Source of the DNA: Eledone cirrhosa
Taxonomy: Eukaryota
DNA length: 64,000 nucleotides
Direction: 5' to 3'
NCBI GenBank assembly: GCA_964016885.1
Contig: OZ024746.1
Coordinates: forward strand, 29,202,001-29,266,000
Shown here: positions 26,501-37,045 of the stretch, in pieces
How the letters are laid out: each line of letters starts with the position of its first letter
Position numbering within the stretch: the first letter of the stretch is position 1
Program-made: the position numbers and the translations under genes
Notes under the pieces: generated by a model
The model's input: the letters and a program-made list of their open reading frames with translations, nothing else
Databases searched by the model: none
Told to the model about the DNA's origin: nothing

Positions 26501-29500
26501 ATCATTTGGTCGGATTTTTTCCATGTGTTCCAGTAACCAAGTAAGAAACTCGTGTCGGTCTAGCAAACCCTCCTGAAATTAGAACATAAATAAACCCTCC
26601 ATAAATTAGAACATAAAATTAATTAATATATTAATTAATTAAGAATAACTACAATAAAAAAACACATCATCATCAATTTACGTCTATGTTCCATGTTGGT
26701 AAAAGTTGGAAAGGTTGTTACAGTCCGAGATTGGACATTGTTGGATAACTACACCTTGCTCAGAAGTTCCAGTCAACCTTTTCATTATAATATTTCTAAT
26801 GAAATACATTTCCTAAATGTTTCAGTTTATTTTGAAAATAATCAAGAATTTGGAGTGGTTTAGTAAATAATTGTTTCTACTTTAGGCACAAGGCCAGCAA
26901 TTACCCAGTGCATTACTGGTACTTTATTTTATCGACCCCGTAAGGATGAAAGGCAAAGTCAACCTCGGCGGTAAATAATGTTCCCATTATTAAGCTGGTA
27001 ATTGGAACATAGCTTAACTAAGGTTCATACATAAAATTATGATGGAAGGTTTTTAGTAAATGCTAGCAGAATGGACCAACGTTGCTCGGGATTCTAAACA
27101 TAGATTGGCATATTTATCCCTCCTTTCTGAAACAGTACAGAGAAGTACGGAATACCTCGGCCTGGGGATGGTGTCTACATTTTGTGCTTATAAAAAAAAT
27201 TTGTCGTAGATTACCAGGGGTTTAACTTAATTGGGTGCCTGAGAGTAAAATGAGTAAAATGTTCAACCCACGAAAGCCAAGACAATAGGATTAAGTAAAA
27301 AAGCATTTGACAAACCGAACATGTATTTGTTGTGCTATGGTACAATGAAAGCAATAGTTACAGAGCAGTAAGCATGTGGGACTGCAGTGGTAAAGAGCAT
27401 GAAGGAATTTAGTTGAATACTTTTAAGGTTACAGGCCCTAACGCAACCAAAATGCTAAACAATGCGGTCCCGGACAAAAGTTTGAAATCTTTTTTCAATC
27501 AAGAAAATTTGTGAAACATAAGTAATGCATATGCAATGTTTAAAAAAAATCAGTTGGGTACTTCTCGAGTTACAGGCCCTAACGCAACCAAAATGCTTCA
27601 AAAAATCGTTTTTTTGCCTAATGCGGCCCCTGGGGCAAAAAATGAGAACATTTCTTTTGCTCAAAATACTTTAAACGACATAATGCAAATTTTGAAGAAA
27701 TCGCCTGGATTATTGTTCTGTTATGCCTAAAAAAAGCCTTTAAAGCCTAAAATATGCGGTTTTTTGCCTAATGCAGTCCCTAGGGCATTGAAAATTTGAA
27801 ATATTTTTTGCTCAAAACACTCACACGGCCATAAGTATTACATGTGTAAAGTTTGAAAAAAATCGGTTGGGTGGTTATCGAGTTTTAGGGAGTCAGACAG
27901 ACAGACAATCTCTATTTTAGATATATAGATAAACACTTTAAAATAAACATCTTTGTATTATTGAATCAGGGACAGTTTCAGAAGGGTTGGTATCGAAGGA
28001 GATAACTATATTTTTATGTAATATCAAGCAAGGTGTGAAGGAAAGTGTCATAAGCACAGGCATGGCCATTGGTTAAGAAGTTTGCTTCACAACCACATGG
28101 TTTGGGGGTTCTATTCCACAAGGTGGAACCTTAAGCAAGTGTTTCCTACTATTACCTTGTGCTAACTAATATAACTTGTTTGTGTGGTTGGGTAGACAGT
28201 GTAGCGGAGGCTACAGGTTGGGAGGTTGAGTATATAATGGCAGAGGAGGTATGACTGGAGTAGACAGTGTAATGGAGGTTATATGTTGGTTGTTGGTAGG
28301 GAGATGTGACTGGGGTAGTGTAGTAAGGGGGGCTACATACTGGTTGTTAGTAGGGAGATGGAGCATATAAGAGCAAAAGATGTGAACTATGTGCAGCTGC
28401 TTACCTCATATAGATGTCTGGCCAGACGACAGCAGAAGTGCCAATATTTAACAGCTATTTCAAAGTCAGCCACAGAATGGGCCTGGTTTGTGGTCCCTAA
28501 ATAATTGGACTGTATACCTTGGTTATTGAGACTATGGTAATATTCCTGGATTTTCTGAAGCTGTTCTTTCATGTATTTTGTTAGGGCTTGACACCAATCT
28601 AGAAATAGGAGGTTCCAATATAACAATAATTGGTAAGGTTTTATCACAGTGGGACTGTATATGTGACAGTAGGAGGAAGAAACGTGTGTCAGATGTGGAT
28701 GGGGGTGAGAAGAGGAAGGAAAAGGGGACGGGTATGTTATATGGGGTGGGATGTCAGGTGTGTTATATGGGGTGGGATGTCAGGTATGTTAGATGGAAGT
28801 GGGGTGTCAGGCATGTTAGTTCAGATGATCAACACATACAGTACAGGTAGGTGAAAAAAGGAAGCAAGGAAGGACAGGTGTGTTAGACAGGTGGTATATA
28901 ACTGGCTAGTTAAAATAATCAACCAAAATTCTCTCACCAAGGCACTGATCCACAGTTTGTCTCTTCTTTGTCTTGTTCTCTTGTAACGCCACATTATGAG
29001 CTGCTGTCATCTTTACAAACCAAGCTGCCTTTATCATAGGGATGCTAAAATCACAGAGTGTTGAAAAAATTTCTTCTTTCTTATTAAAAATAGGTACCTG
29101 TAAAAGCAGTACAAGATTAAAAGAACATAGACATAGCAGGTATATACAAAGATATAAAATAGAAATAATGTTTTTATCTTTATAATAATGGGATCCTTAT
29201 CTAGCAGGCATACAAAGATATGACATAGAAATAATATTTTCATATTTGTATTCAACACAAGATCCTTATGTAGCAAATATAAGAGATGACATATAAATAA
29301 CATTTTATCTTTATATTCATCATGGGATACTTTTTGAGACATGACTAGGTTGAAACCTCATAATCTGAAAGACCTTGCCAGGTAGTGCTATTTAAGTTAG
29401 ACATGGCCTGCATCAAAACTGGCTGAAACCTATCAATGTTATATATATATATATCCTCATCATTATCATCATTTCACATCCATTTTCCACACTTGCCTGG

Positions 29501-32500
29501 GTGAGACGGGTTGCCACGTTATGAGACAAGTCTGGTCCAGAAACCATATCATGTTCATATAGATCTGTATTTTGGGTTAGTTTCTACAGCTGGATGCCCT
29601 TCCTCACACCAACCACGTTCCAGTGCTTTATATCATAGTACCAGCACAACCTCCTTACAGGGTGGACTGAATGTTTTTTGTCATGTTGCCAGCACAACAT
29701 ATATATATATATATACACATACAACAAATATTGGCCTTCTTCCCTGTTAAAACATGAGGTCACCTTACAGACAGAATGGCAGGTTCATACTCAACAATAA
29801 GGTCCTATTTAAGACAATGTTTTACACCTGGTTGCCCTTCCTGGGACCAACCTGTTTACCAATTTCCTACATGTAAGGATTCAGTGTACTTATTTAATAC
29901 CAGATATGCACAGTAATTATATTCATCAGAATTTGATAAATATCAAAATATTGGTATCAGTTAAAATATCTACCTTTTTCACAAGTAACGAGAGAGGTTT
30001 ACTTCCCGCTAAATCTTTAAACCAAGCCTCCATTGCATTTCTGGTTCGGGCTGTCACCTATAAAAGAACAAGTGAAATTATTATTCAAATGGTACATTCT
30101 GGAAGACTGACAAACATTCATCTTTGGCAATGAAATTTATCTTTATTTAGATTAATGTTTATTGTCATAGAGTTATAGAGACAGAATAACCAACAGTTCT
30201 ATTGGTATATAGTATAGTTATTGTGATAAACAGACACACAGAACAGTTCTATTGATATATAGTATACAAGGTATACCAGAAAAGAAACAGGACTGGGGTC
30301 GCAAATGGGATATTTCAAATCCAAGCTAGTAACTACAAGTTTTCCACTTTGAAATAATCCCCCTCAACTCTATTGCACTTTCCAATCCTTCTCCACAGCT
30401 CCATCGTCACAACCCTCTTCATGGCTTCCACCCCCAGAAAATGGGTCATACTCGAAGACTAATCACTTGTGATGACTCTCTCTAGCAAGTTCAGTTTAGT
30501 TTCAAGACACTCAAGGATGTCCTAAGACACCTGCATGTGCTGCTCCTTCTGGTCATAGTTCAGCAGCTTTGGCACCATCTTCACACAGATTTTCCACATG
30601 CCCGAATCTTCAGTTATAATGTTCCAAACCCAGCTCACTTACGATAAACAGTCAGCCGATGATCACCACAACCCACCTGCCTCATGCGCTCAACAATGGC
30701 CTCGCTCTTGCTTGTTGAAGGCCTTTCCTCTCCTAGGTTGTCTTCCACCTATTGTGCCACTCGAAATCCCGTGAGTGTGACTGTCTCATCTCCATACACT
30801 TGCTACAGTATTCCGAGTGCTTTTGATGGAGTTTTCTCTAGCTGGACCAGAATCTTCAGGGTGGTTCGTTGCATTGTACCCATCACTCGATGGCCTAAAA
30901 TTGAGAAGCTGTTAACAAAAGCACATGAAAATACAAACAATGGCTGCAGAGAGCTGAGATCACAGTTATATACTCCCCGGATAATACGTCAGAGTGACTA
31001 ACCCACTAATCCCTACCCTACTAATAGCTCACACAGCATACTGAGTCCTGTTCCTTTTATAACACACCTCATAGTTATTGTGATAGACAGAGCAACTAAC
31101 TGTTGCTTTAATGTTCTAGAGCAGGCAAAGACAATCTTTTTCAAGAATTGGACCATAAAGGACATGACTCATTATAAGGTAGGCCACAAAGGATGTGGCT
31201 CATTATAAGCTGGGCCACAAAGGACATGGGTTATCACTATAAAATTCAAGGTAATTTTGAAATTAGGTGTGCCATTCAGAAAGCCAAACGGAATGTAGTT
31301 TACCCATGACTGCCAACCCACTGCCCTCTAATAATAATAACAACAATAAAAACAATAGAAAGGAGTATCAACTTACAGGTCTGAAGTTATCTTTGATGTT
31401 GAGCTGTTGTTTCTTCTTTCCTGTGTCTTGGAATGTGTTTAGCTCAGTTTTCTTTGTCATCATGGAACTAAAACATGTACCCACCTGCAGTAACAAGAAA
31501 AGGAGAGAAATATAGACATAAACAACCAAGAACTGCTGTATTGGTATATATTGTCAACAAACTATAGTAATGATGGCTATACTACCAACAAACTATAGTA
31601 ATGATGGCTATACTACCAACAAACTATAGTAATGATGGCTATACTACCAACAAACTATAGTAATGATGGCTATACTACCAACAAACTATAGTAATGATGG
31701 CTATACTACCAACAAACCAGAAACCCTTTAATAGGTAACCCTTTACAACAGAAACAGAATTATTCTTACCTTAGAGAACAAGGCAACTTTATCTTGGTTG
31801 ATGGAACGACAGGCAGATCCATACTGAAAACATAATACAGATATTTACAAATCTAAGAACACAACTAAAACATCCACCAATTTATTAACAACAACCTCTA
31901 ATAATCTACTCTCTGTAGTCACAGATCTCAAGCATAACCAAAACTGGATCTCAAAGACTAAATTTCTCTTTAGTGTTACAATTCTAAACCAGATACACAC
32001 ACAACTCCTACATTTTGTAAAGTTATGTTCTAAACATTAACTTAATATAGCAGTTAATAAAAACATCAGTTGTTTTATTAAATCATTTTTTAAAATATAT
32101 TAATTTACACAGAACATAAGCAATGTATATGACCCTTTCATCATCATCATCATTTAACGTCCATCTTCCACGCTTGCATGGGTTTGGACTGGAATTTTCT
32201 CACTTGAGGCAAGATTGGTTGTCTTGCTCGTATAGGACTGTCTGGCGGGTTTTCTACGGCTGGATGCCCTTCCTAACACGTTTACAGTGTAGACTGGGAG
32301 GTTTTTACCGTGTTACCTACATGGCCACATTACAGCGTGGACTGTGTGTTTTTATTGTCGTGACACCTACACGACCTCATTTATTTTGGACTGGATGTTG
32401 TGGTACCAACATAACTTTACATCGAAAGAGGTGGTGTGGATGGGGTGGAAGAAGTGGGAAGGGGTGTATTTTTGTTAAGAGGTGCCTACTGACTGTAGGT

Positions 32501-35500
32501 TTCGTTTGTACTTAGGCAAGGCGGGTCTTCTGTATTACTGCGTAGCGCCAAAGATCTTGGTCCAGTGACATTGTCTTGGAGAGGTGTAAGTGTGTGAGGT
32601 TGGAATTTATCAAGTCGTCCCAGGCTTTTCTGGGTCTGCCTACTCCGTGGCTACCGTCTATTTTTATTGCCCTGCACTTTTTTATACAGCTGTTGTCTTT
32701 CATGTGCATCACGTGACCATACCAACGTAGTCTTCTCTCGAGTAAACAACATCTGATCCCTCTTATTCCTAATTTCTCCCTTAGTTCATTGATGCTTTGC
32801 CGTTCACGTATATTACTATTACACATCCAACGGAGCATGTAAGCTTCGTTCCTCTCCAGTCTGCGTATATCCTCTGCACACAATGCCCAAGTCTCACTGC
32901 CATGTAACGTTGCTGTTCGTATGCAGGCATCATACAGCCTGCCTTTCATTTTTAGAGAGAACCCTTTAGCGGCCAATAGTGGTATAAGCTCTCTGAACTT
33001 TTTCCATCCCGTTCTGACTCTAGCTACTGTACTTTCAGAGCACCCTCCACCACTGCTGATTTTGTCACCCAGGTAACGGAAGGTGTCCACTATTTCTATA
33101 GAACCATCTGTGCAATGGAATGAGCTAGTATTTTGTGAGCACTTGCTGCTACTTATTGCACCTGAGCACCGGCCACATATAAAATCTGTATTTTTAGTTA
33201 GCTTACCTGTGATCCCACATCTTTTATGCACCCATACTTTGCATTTGGGACATAAAATGGAGTTTCCGCCTACTCCTTTCCTACACACTGAGCATGGCCA
33301 TTTCCCAGATGGGACCAGTGCCCTATTTTCCTTCCTACAAACTAGAACTTTAGTTTTAGACAGGTTAATTTTAAGGCCTTTTGATTCTAGGCCATGCTTC
33401 CATGTTTGGAATTTCTTCTCTAGTTCAGCCATTGATTCAGCTATGAGCGTTAGATCATCTGCGTATAGGAGTTCCCATGGGCAGCCGGTCTTGAACTCCT
33501 CTGTTATAGCCTGAAGGGCAATAATAAATAGTAGGGGGCTAAGGATGGAGCCCTGATGAACACCAACTTTTACGCTAAACTCTTCACTATATTCGTTGTT
33601 AATTCTAAGTCCATATTTCAATGGATTAATGAAGAATTTTGAGGGATTTACAAGATTTATTATTAGATCCTAATAATGAAATAAGTAACTTAACATATGA
33701 TTCTGATATAAAATTATGTTAGAAGATTTTAATTTAAATAAGAACACTTTAAAATGGGTTTTGCTTCATAAAACCGGAGTCTATTTTGGCTATACTGACA
33801 TCAATAGGACTAATTAAAACTATGGTCATGAAAGTGTTAAAATTGTGCATTACAGATAAAATGAAGAGAGCAAATGTTTCACATCTATGATGGTTCATAT
33901 AGAAACAGATCATAACCAGTGTATTTAATTAACACGAGTTATGAAAGTGTTAAATTTAAGAAGTAAAGATCAATTAAAGCAATCATATATGTTACATACC
34001 TCATCTGTGATAGTACAGTTATTATTGAAACCATGTTTGACATTGAGGGTTGACAATTCATCCTGACAAATAAACAAATTATTATTAGAAATAAAGAAAT
34101 AAACAAAGAAATCATTAACATTAACAAAGTGTAGGTACATGGTTTAGTGGTTAGAGTGCTCGGTTCACAATTGTAAGGTTGATTCCTGGTAACATGTGTC
34201 CTTGAGCAATATACTTAATTTCACATAGCTCCACTTCACTATGATCATCACCATTTAAAATCTATTTTCCATGATTGCATGAGTTCGACAGGTTAGTATG
34301 TGCTGAGACCTGACTGGTCAGGTCACCCCTTCCTACTTGAAAAGTCTGTTTGGCTTGGTCTCCACCGTTGGATGTCCTTCCTAATGCCAACCACTTTACA
34401 GTATGTACTGGGAGCATGGTTTCTATAGTTGGATGCCCTTCCTAACACAAACCACCTTTACAGTGTACTGAGAGCGTGGTTTCTAAAGTTGGATGTCCTT
34501 CCTAATGCCAACCACTTTACAGTATGTACTAGGAGCATGGTTTCTAAAGTTGGATAGCCTTCCTAATGCCAACCACTTTAAAGTATGTAGTAGGAACATT
34601 TTATCATGACTCTGCTACTACCACCTATCATGGTGGACTGGATGATTTTCATTGTTGCATCATCACTACCACCTTAAAGGGTCGACAGGATGTTTTCATC
34701 ATGGCACAAGCACAGCCACTTTACAAAGTGGACTGGGTATGTTTTATCGTGGCACTAGCTGACCTCAATACAACACTAGGGTGCTCAGTAACCTTGGTCT
34801 GGTTTCTTCCTTTATCAAACGCAAAAGGATGAAAGTCAAACTGGGCCTTGGCATGATTTGGACTCAGAGCTGAGACCCAAAATAAATATTCAATACAACT
34901 ACTCTGCCAAACTGACTCTATATCTAATTTCTCCAGAGATGATAAACATTTGTAGCTGCTTTTGTTTAGCCCTAGGTCAGCCACAATTGAGGAGGCCTGT
35001 GATCAAGGGTATCTCAGCCACAACCATGATATTTGTAGCTGTTGTTGTTTAGCCCTTGGTCAGTCAATTTGAGAAGGCCTGTGAACAAAGGTATCACAAC
35101 CACGATAACAAACATTAGTAGCTGTTGTTCTTTAGCCCTAGGTCAGTCATATTTGACTGGTCTCTTTTTTCAAGCATAATGTATCGTGCACTATTATCCC
35201 AAGGTTGCCTGCCAAAGCAGCTATGACAGGGCTGCTATCCCAGGTTTGGTCTGGTCTAGATCAAAACAACTGTTATTTTAGCAATAATATCAGCCGTGTC
35301 TGTGTAGACATTCCTTTTTCAAGCTACACACCCTTGTGTGTCATAAGGCATCCAGCTGTAAAACTTTGCCTCAAAAAAGACCCCATGATAACTATGAAAC
35401 ATAATCATGAGGCCGGCAAGGTTAAACTCTGCATTAGCAGAGACAATGACCATAAAACTATTGTTGTTGTGTACATATCTAATGTATGGTGTGTTGTGTA

Positions 35501-36844
35501 CATATATAACATATAGTGTGTTATGTGGGAGATTTGGCTGTTATTTCTAGCAGATCACAGAAGTATTCTAGCGATAGATGTAAATAATGTGGTGGTGATG
35601 GGGGGCGGGGGCGTGTAGTTAGTTTAGTTTGACTATCCACATTGTCTAGTCACCTCTTACTACAACCGCTATCGCTACTACTACTACTTGAACTGTCAAC
35701 ACAAAACCAGGCGTGACTTTGCACCTTGCATAACAGAATATGATTGTTGATATTTAGCCCAGGTCAGCCAGGATGGATCTATCCTATGATCAAAGGCGTT
35801 CCAGTCCTGACCATCACGTCTATATCTTTCATACATTGCATATTTATATCCTAATGTATTTGTTTCTAAATCAATAGGTCATGATTTGAAAGATTTGGCT
35901 GCTATTTCTAGAATAACGATGTTGTGTAATGATAGGTCAGCAGTCTGAGATGACCTCCAATCAATAGCGGTCCACACATGACCACCCACTTTATTTTAAA
36001 ATAAAATACGCGCGAGACGTGGTTGGCCGACCCCAGTAACTCAGAATAAGAACTGACTCCATGCCAGCAAGGAAAGTAAACGTAATATGATGATAACAAG
36101 GACGACGATGTTTAAAACATTATCTTGTGTGATTTAAGGGAAATTTGGCTGCTGTTTCCATCTAAGTTCAAATCTTGCCAAAATCAACTTTGCGTATTTA
36201 TTTTCCAGGGGTTGATTTCACAACATTCCAAAACAGTATCTTAAAAATGGAAGCAAAATAACAGAAAACTTAAGGCTACGACTTCAGACAATCTACAGAA
36301 CTATGTTATGTTTAAATCCTGCCTAAGCCAACGTTATAATGTGCCCTGGGGGTCTTAGATGTAACTGGAACCACAATAACAAGATTTGGGACTCAGAAAA
36401 CTTAGACAGCTGGGTTTTACTTTACGATCAAATCTTATCGTTTTTTTCTGGAGTCGATTTAATGGCATTCCTATAAAGCTTCCTAAATGTAAACAGAGCC
36501 ACAATAACAAAATATTTAAAAGAAAGGCTACACACAATTTAGATGGCGGTACTCTGAGTTCAAATCCTGCCTAAATCAACTGTGTATATCATCTACCTGG
36601 GGTCGGTTTAATAACATTCCTATATAAAATAACATCTTATATGCGAAGGGAACCACAATAACAGAAGGCATAAGACTATGACTGCAGACAATCTAGAGAA
36701 CTGGGAACATTTTAATGATAATATTAAGATAATAAATATATAGTAGCCTACCTCCTTCTGTTTGGGATCCTGTGGGTAAACATCGGGTGGCCCGAGCCGT
36801 GGTTTCTTCAACGGTCTCTGCTCCTGGGATGGATATGAAGCCAT
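495..36844 (-). CDS. MED12: Mediator of RNA polymerase II transcription subunit 12 (spliced, 29 coding exons in window, 3' end outside window)
   Basis: N-terminus [31 protein letters not shown]|[12 protein letters not shown] is the MED12 signature. Later motifs [33 protein letters not shown] and [19 protein letters not shown] also match. All exons join in frame with GT-AG introns. Confidence 0.97.
1197..5296 (-). mobile_element. Full-length RTE-clade LINE in MED12 intron 28
   Basis: 5'UTR, single ORF with APE endonuclease and RT, 3'UTR ending in an (ATG)n tail; flanked by (TA)n on both sides. Confidence 0.93.
1596..4767 (-). pseudogene. RTE ORF (AP endonuclease + reverse transcriptase + Cys/His-rich finger) with one +1 frameshift near 2303
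   Basis: Motifs [52 protein letters not shown]. ORFs 2287-4767 and 1596-2174 join if one extra A in AGATGTAAGTGGG is removed. Confidence 0.9.
5458..5619 (-). CDS. MED12: MED12 coding exon 28
   Basis: [29 protein letters not shown]. Confidence 0.95.
5675..5795. repeat. 19-bp minisatellite (GAGTATAGATGGATAAGTG)
   Basis: About 6 tandem copies. Confidence 0.9.
6150..6289 (-). CDS. MED12: MED12 coding exon 27
   Basis: [20 protein letters not shown]... followed by a short polyQ. Confidence 0.88.
7046..7120 (-). CDS. MED12: MED12 coding exon 26
   Basis: [20 protein letters not shown]. Confidence 0.94.
7878..7979 (-). CDS. MED12: MED12 coding exon 25
   Basis: [11 protein letters not shown]...INRILQ. 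Confidence 0.92.
8386..8557 (-). CDS. MED12: MED12 coding exon 24
   Basis: [26 protein letters not shown]...[10 protein letters not shown]. Confidence 0.92.
8650..9000 (-). mobile_element. SINE family B
   Basis: Near-identical reverse complement of 17655-17995. Confidence 0.85.
9535..10012. repeat. 23-bp minisatellite (TAATTAGGACAATATCATATACG), about 20 copies
   Basis: Direct tandem repeats, degenerate at the edges. Confidence 0.95.
10031..10187 (-). CDS. MED12: MED12 coding exon 23
   Basis: [10 protein letters not shown]...[11 protein letters not shown]. Low-conservation linker with consistent phases 1 and 2. Confidence 0.8.
10670..10885 (-). CDS. MED12: MED12 coding exon 22
   Basis: [15 protein letters not shown]...SCDRHLLAA. 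The donor A|GTAATT is weak but phase-consistent. Confidence 0.88.
11948..12077 (-). CDS. MED12: MED12 coding exon 21
   Basis: [26 protein letters not shown]...ALPSL. Confidence 0.94.
12481..12870 (+). mobile_element. Two tandem SINE family A copies
   Basis: Two head-to-tail copies, about 190 bp each. Confidence 0.85.
13085..13226 (-). CDS. MED12: MED12 coding exon 20
   Basis: [34 protein letters not shown]. Confidence 0.95.
14380..14894 (-). CDS. MED12: MED12 coding exon 19
   Basis: LLKELSQVE...[11 protein letters not shown]...RYNFVCNAV. Confidence 0.94.
15957..16283 (-). CDS. MED12: MED12 coding exon 18
   Basis: EILRLFNKK...[19 protein letters not shown]. Confidence 0.94.
16377..16689. 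repeat. Inverted repeat, 146-bp arms, 21-nt loop
   Basis: 16377-16522 is the reverse complement of 16544-16689; abuts (TA)n. Confidence 0.95.
16584..16654 (+). ncRNA. Type I hammerhead ribozyme motif (mirror copy on the minus strand at about 16412-16482)
   Basis: Stem I UGUUUUAU/AUAAAAUA, CUGAUGA, about 16-bp stem II with a GCUU loop, GAAA, palindromic stem III UGCGCA, cleavage triplet AUA. Confidence 0.72.
16806..17496 (-). mobile_element. RTE 3' fragment with a folded-back 5' end
   Basis: MLRWMC...[10 protein letters not shown]...GRPKKTW plus 3'UTR and (ATG)n tail; 17375-17425 is inverted at 17446-17496. Confidence 0.85.
17655..17995 (+). mobile_element. tRNA-derived SINE family B with RTE-derived tail
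   Basis: tRNA head (TGGCTTAGTGG / GAGTTCAATTC), CORE-like CCTTGAGCAAGACACTT, tail GGTTGGTGTTAGGAAGGGCATCCAGC...(ATG)n shared with the RTE 3'UTR. Confidence 0.85.
18115..18356 (-). CDS. MED12: MED12 coding exon 17
   Basis: ...[36 protein letters not shown]... Confidence 0.93.
19085..19710 (-). mobile_element. Degraded 3' end of a second RTE-like LINE family
   Basis: [33 protein letters not shown], typical of an RT C-terminus. Confidence 0.7.
19920..20360 (+). mobile_element. Fragment of a CRE-like non-LTR retrotransposon (restriction-like endonuclease region)
   Basis: [27 protein letters not shown]...[10 protein letters not shown]...IQPVAF matches the RPD-x-WD RLE pattern. Confidence 0.65.
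20549..20930 (+). mobile_element. Two tandem SINE family A copies
   Basis: Same consensus as 78-264. Confidence 0.85.
21743..21851 (-). CDS. MED12: MED12 coding exon 16
   Basis: [36 protein letters not shown]. Low-conservation linker, but phases 0 and 1 fit its neighbours. Confidence 0.8.
22369..22583 (-). CDS. MED12: MED12 coding exon 15
   Basis: ...[32 protein letters not shown]... Confidence 0.95.
22710..23000. repeat. Degenerate minisatellite, about 35-40 bp units
   Basis: Recurring TATTGTAAACTGGATAC. Confidence 0.8.
23023..23149 (-). CDS. MED12: MED12 coding exon 14
   Basis: [17 protein letters not shown]...[16 protein letters not shown]. Confidence 0.92.
23366..23497 (-). CDS. MED12: MED12 coding exon 13
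   Basis: [38 protein letters not shown] (LCEWAV motif as LIDWAV). Confidence 0.95.
23730..23866 (-). CDS. MED12: MED12 coding exon 12
   Basis: [36 protein letters not shown]... Confidence 0.93.
24597..24696 (-). CDS. MED12: MED12 coding exon 11
   Basis: [33 protein letters not shown]. Confidence 0.94.
24939..25153. mobile_element. piggyBac-like MITE (TTAA-CCCT...AGGG-TTAA)
   Basis: TTAA-flanked CCCT/AGGG termini; related AT-rich copies near 7650, 26770-28000, 49150-49340 and 63450. Confidence 0.5.
25493..25748 (-). CDS. MED12: MED12 coding exon 10
   Basis: ...CPAALVWN...GSPLDLL...SSLPMPP (LCEWAV-region start). Confidence 0.92.
26008..26147 (-). CDS. MED12: MED12 coding exon 9
   Basis: [25 protein letters not shown]... 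Confidence 0.92.
26462..26572 (-). CDS. MED12: MED12 coding exon 8
   Basis: [37 protein letters not shown]. Confidence 0.93.
27063..27929 (-). mobile_element. Non-autonomous Helitron
   Basis: Minus-strand 5' end TCTATATATCTAAAAATAGAG with (TGTC)n; 3' end CCCGAGCAACGTTGG...CTAG. It splits a host repeat whose intact form (tttttagctaaat-ataaacactttaaaataaac) is at about 300-332, with no TSD. Confidence 0.8.
28405..28598 (-). CDS. MED12: MED12 coding exon 7
   Basis: [21 protein letters not shown]...RLARHLYE. Confidence 0.93.
28938..29097 (-). CDS. MED12: MED12 coding exon 6
   Basis: [33 protein letters not shown]... Confidence 0.95.
29974..30057 (-). CDS. MED12: MED12 coding exon 5
   Basis: [28 protein letters not shown]. 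Confidence 0.95.
30264..31072 (-). mobile_element. Degenerate, internally deleted Tc1/mariner element
   Basis: Imperfect TIRs (tacaaggtataccagaaaagaaacaggact / agtcctgttccttttataacacacctcata); transposase remnants [26 protein letters not shown]. Confidence 0.72.
31377..31484 (-). CDS. MED12: MED12 coding exon 4
   Basis: [36 protein letters not shown]. Confidence 0.93.
31556..31717. repeat. 31-bp minisatellite, about 5 copies
   Basis: CAACAAACTATAGTAATGATGGCTATACTAC in tandem. Confidence 0.93.
31770..31823 (-). CDS. MED12: MED12 coding exon 3
   Basis: [18 protein letters not shown], cag/gtaaga, phase 0-0. Confidence 0.88.
32139..33607 (-). mobile_element. 5'-truncated RTE LINE, same family as 1197-5296
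   Basis: Open RT C-terminal frame very similar to copy 1, plus 3'UTR and (ATG)n tail. Confidence 0.93.
34000..34062 (-). CDS. MED12: MED12 coding exon 2
   Basis: [21 protein letters not shown], cag/gtatgt. Confidence 0.95.
36752..36844 (-). CDS. MED12: MED12 coding exon 1
   Basis: MASYPS...PKQKE then GTAGG donor. Confidence 0.95.
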
Positions 36845-37019
36845 TTTTTGTTGTTCTCGTTTATAATCTCGTTTGGATGGTATTTCAGTAGAGTTGAGCA
36901 ATGAACGAGAAAACACCCTCACACGTTCACTACTAAGTCGTTCACTCATTGTGAGATTTTTTATTGTATATTGTATAACAAATACTTTCTTCCTTCCTCT
37001 TTAAATATTATAAATACTT

Positions 37020-37045
37020 CCTAACTTCCGTTCCGGTCTCGGACA
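37020..37045 (-). promoter_or_regulatory. Tandem ETS-like sites in the putative MED12 core promoter
   Basis: Minus strand reads ACCGGAACGGAAGT about 180 bp upstream of the ATG, typical of housekeeping promoters. The TSS itself is not determinable. Confidence 0.4.
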
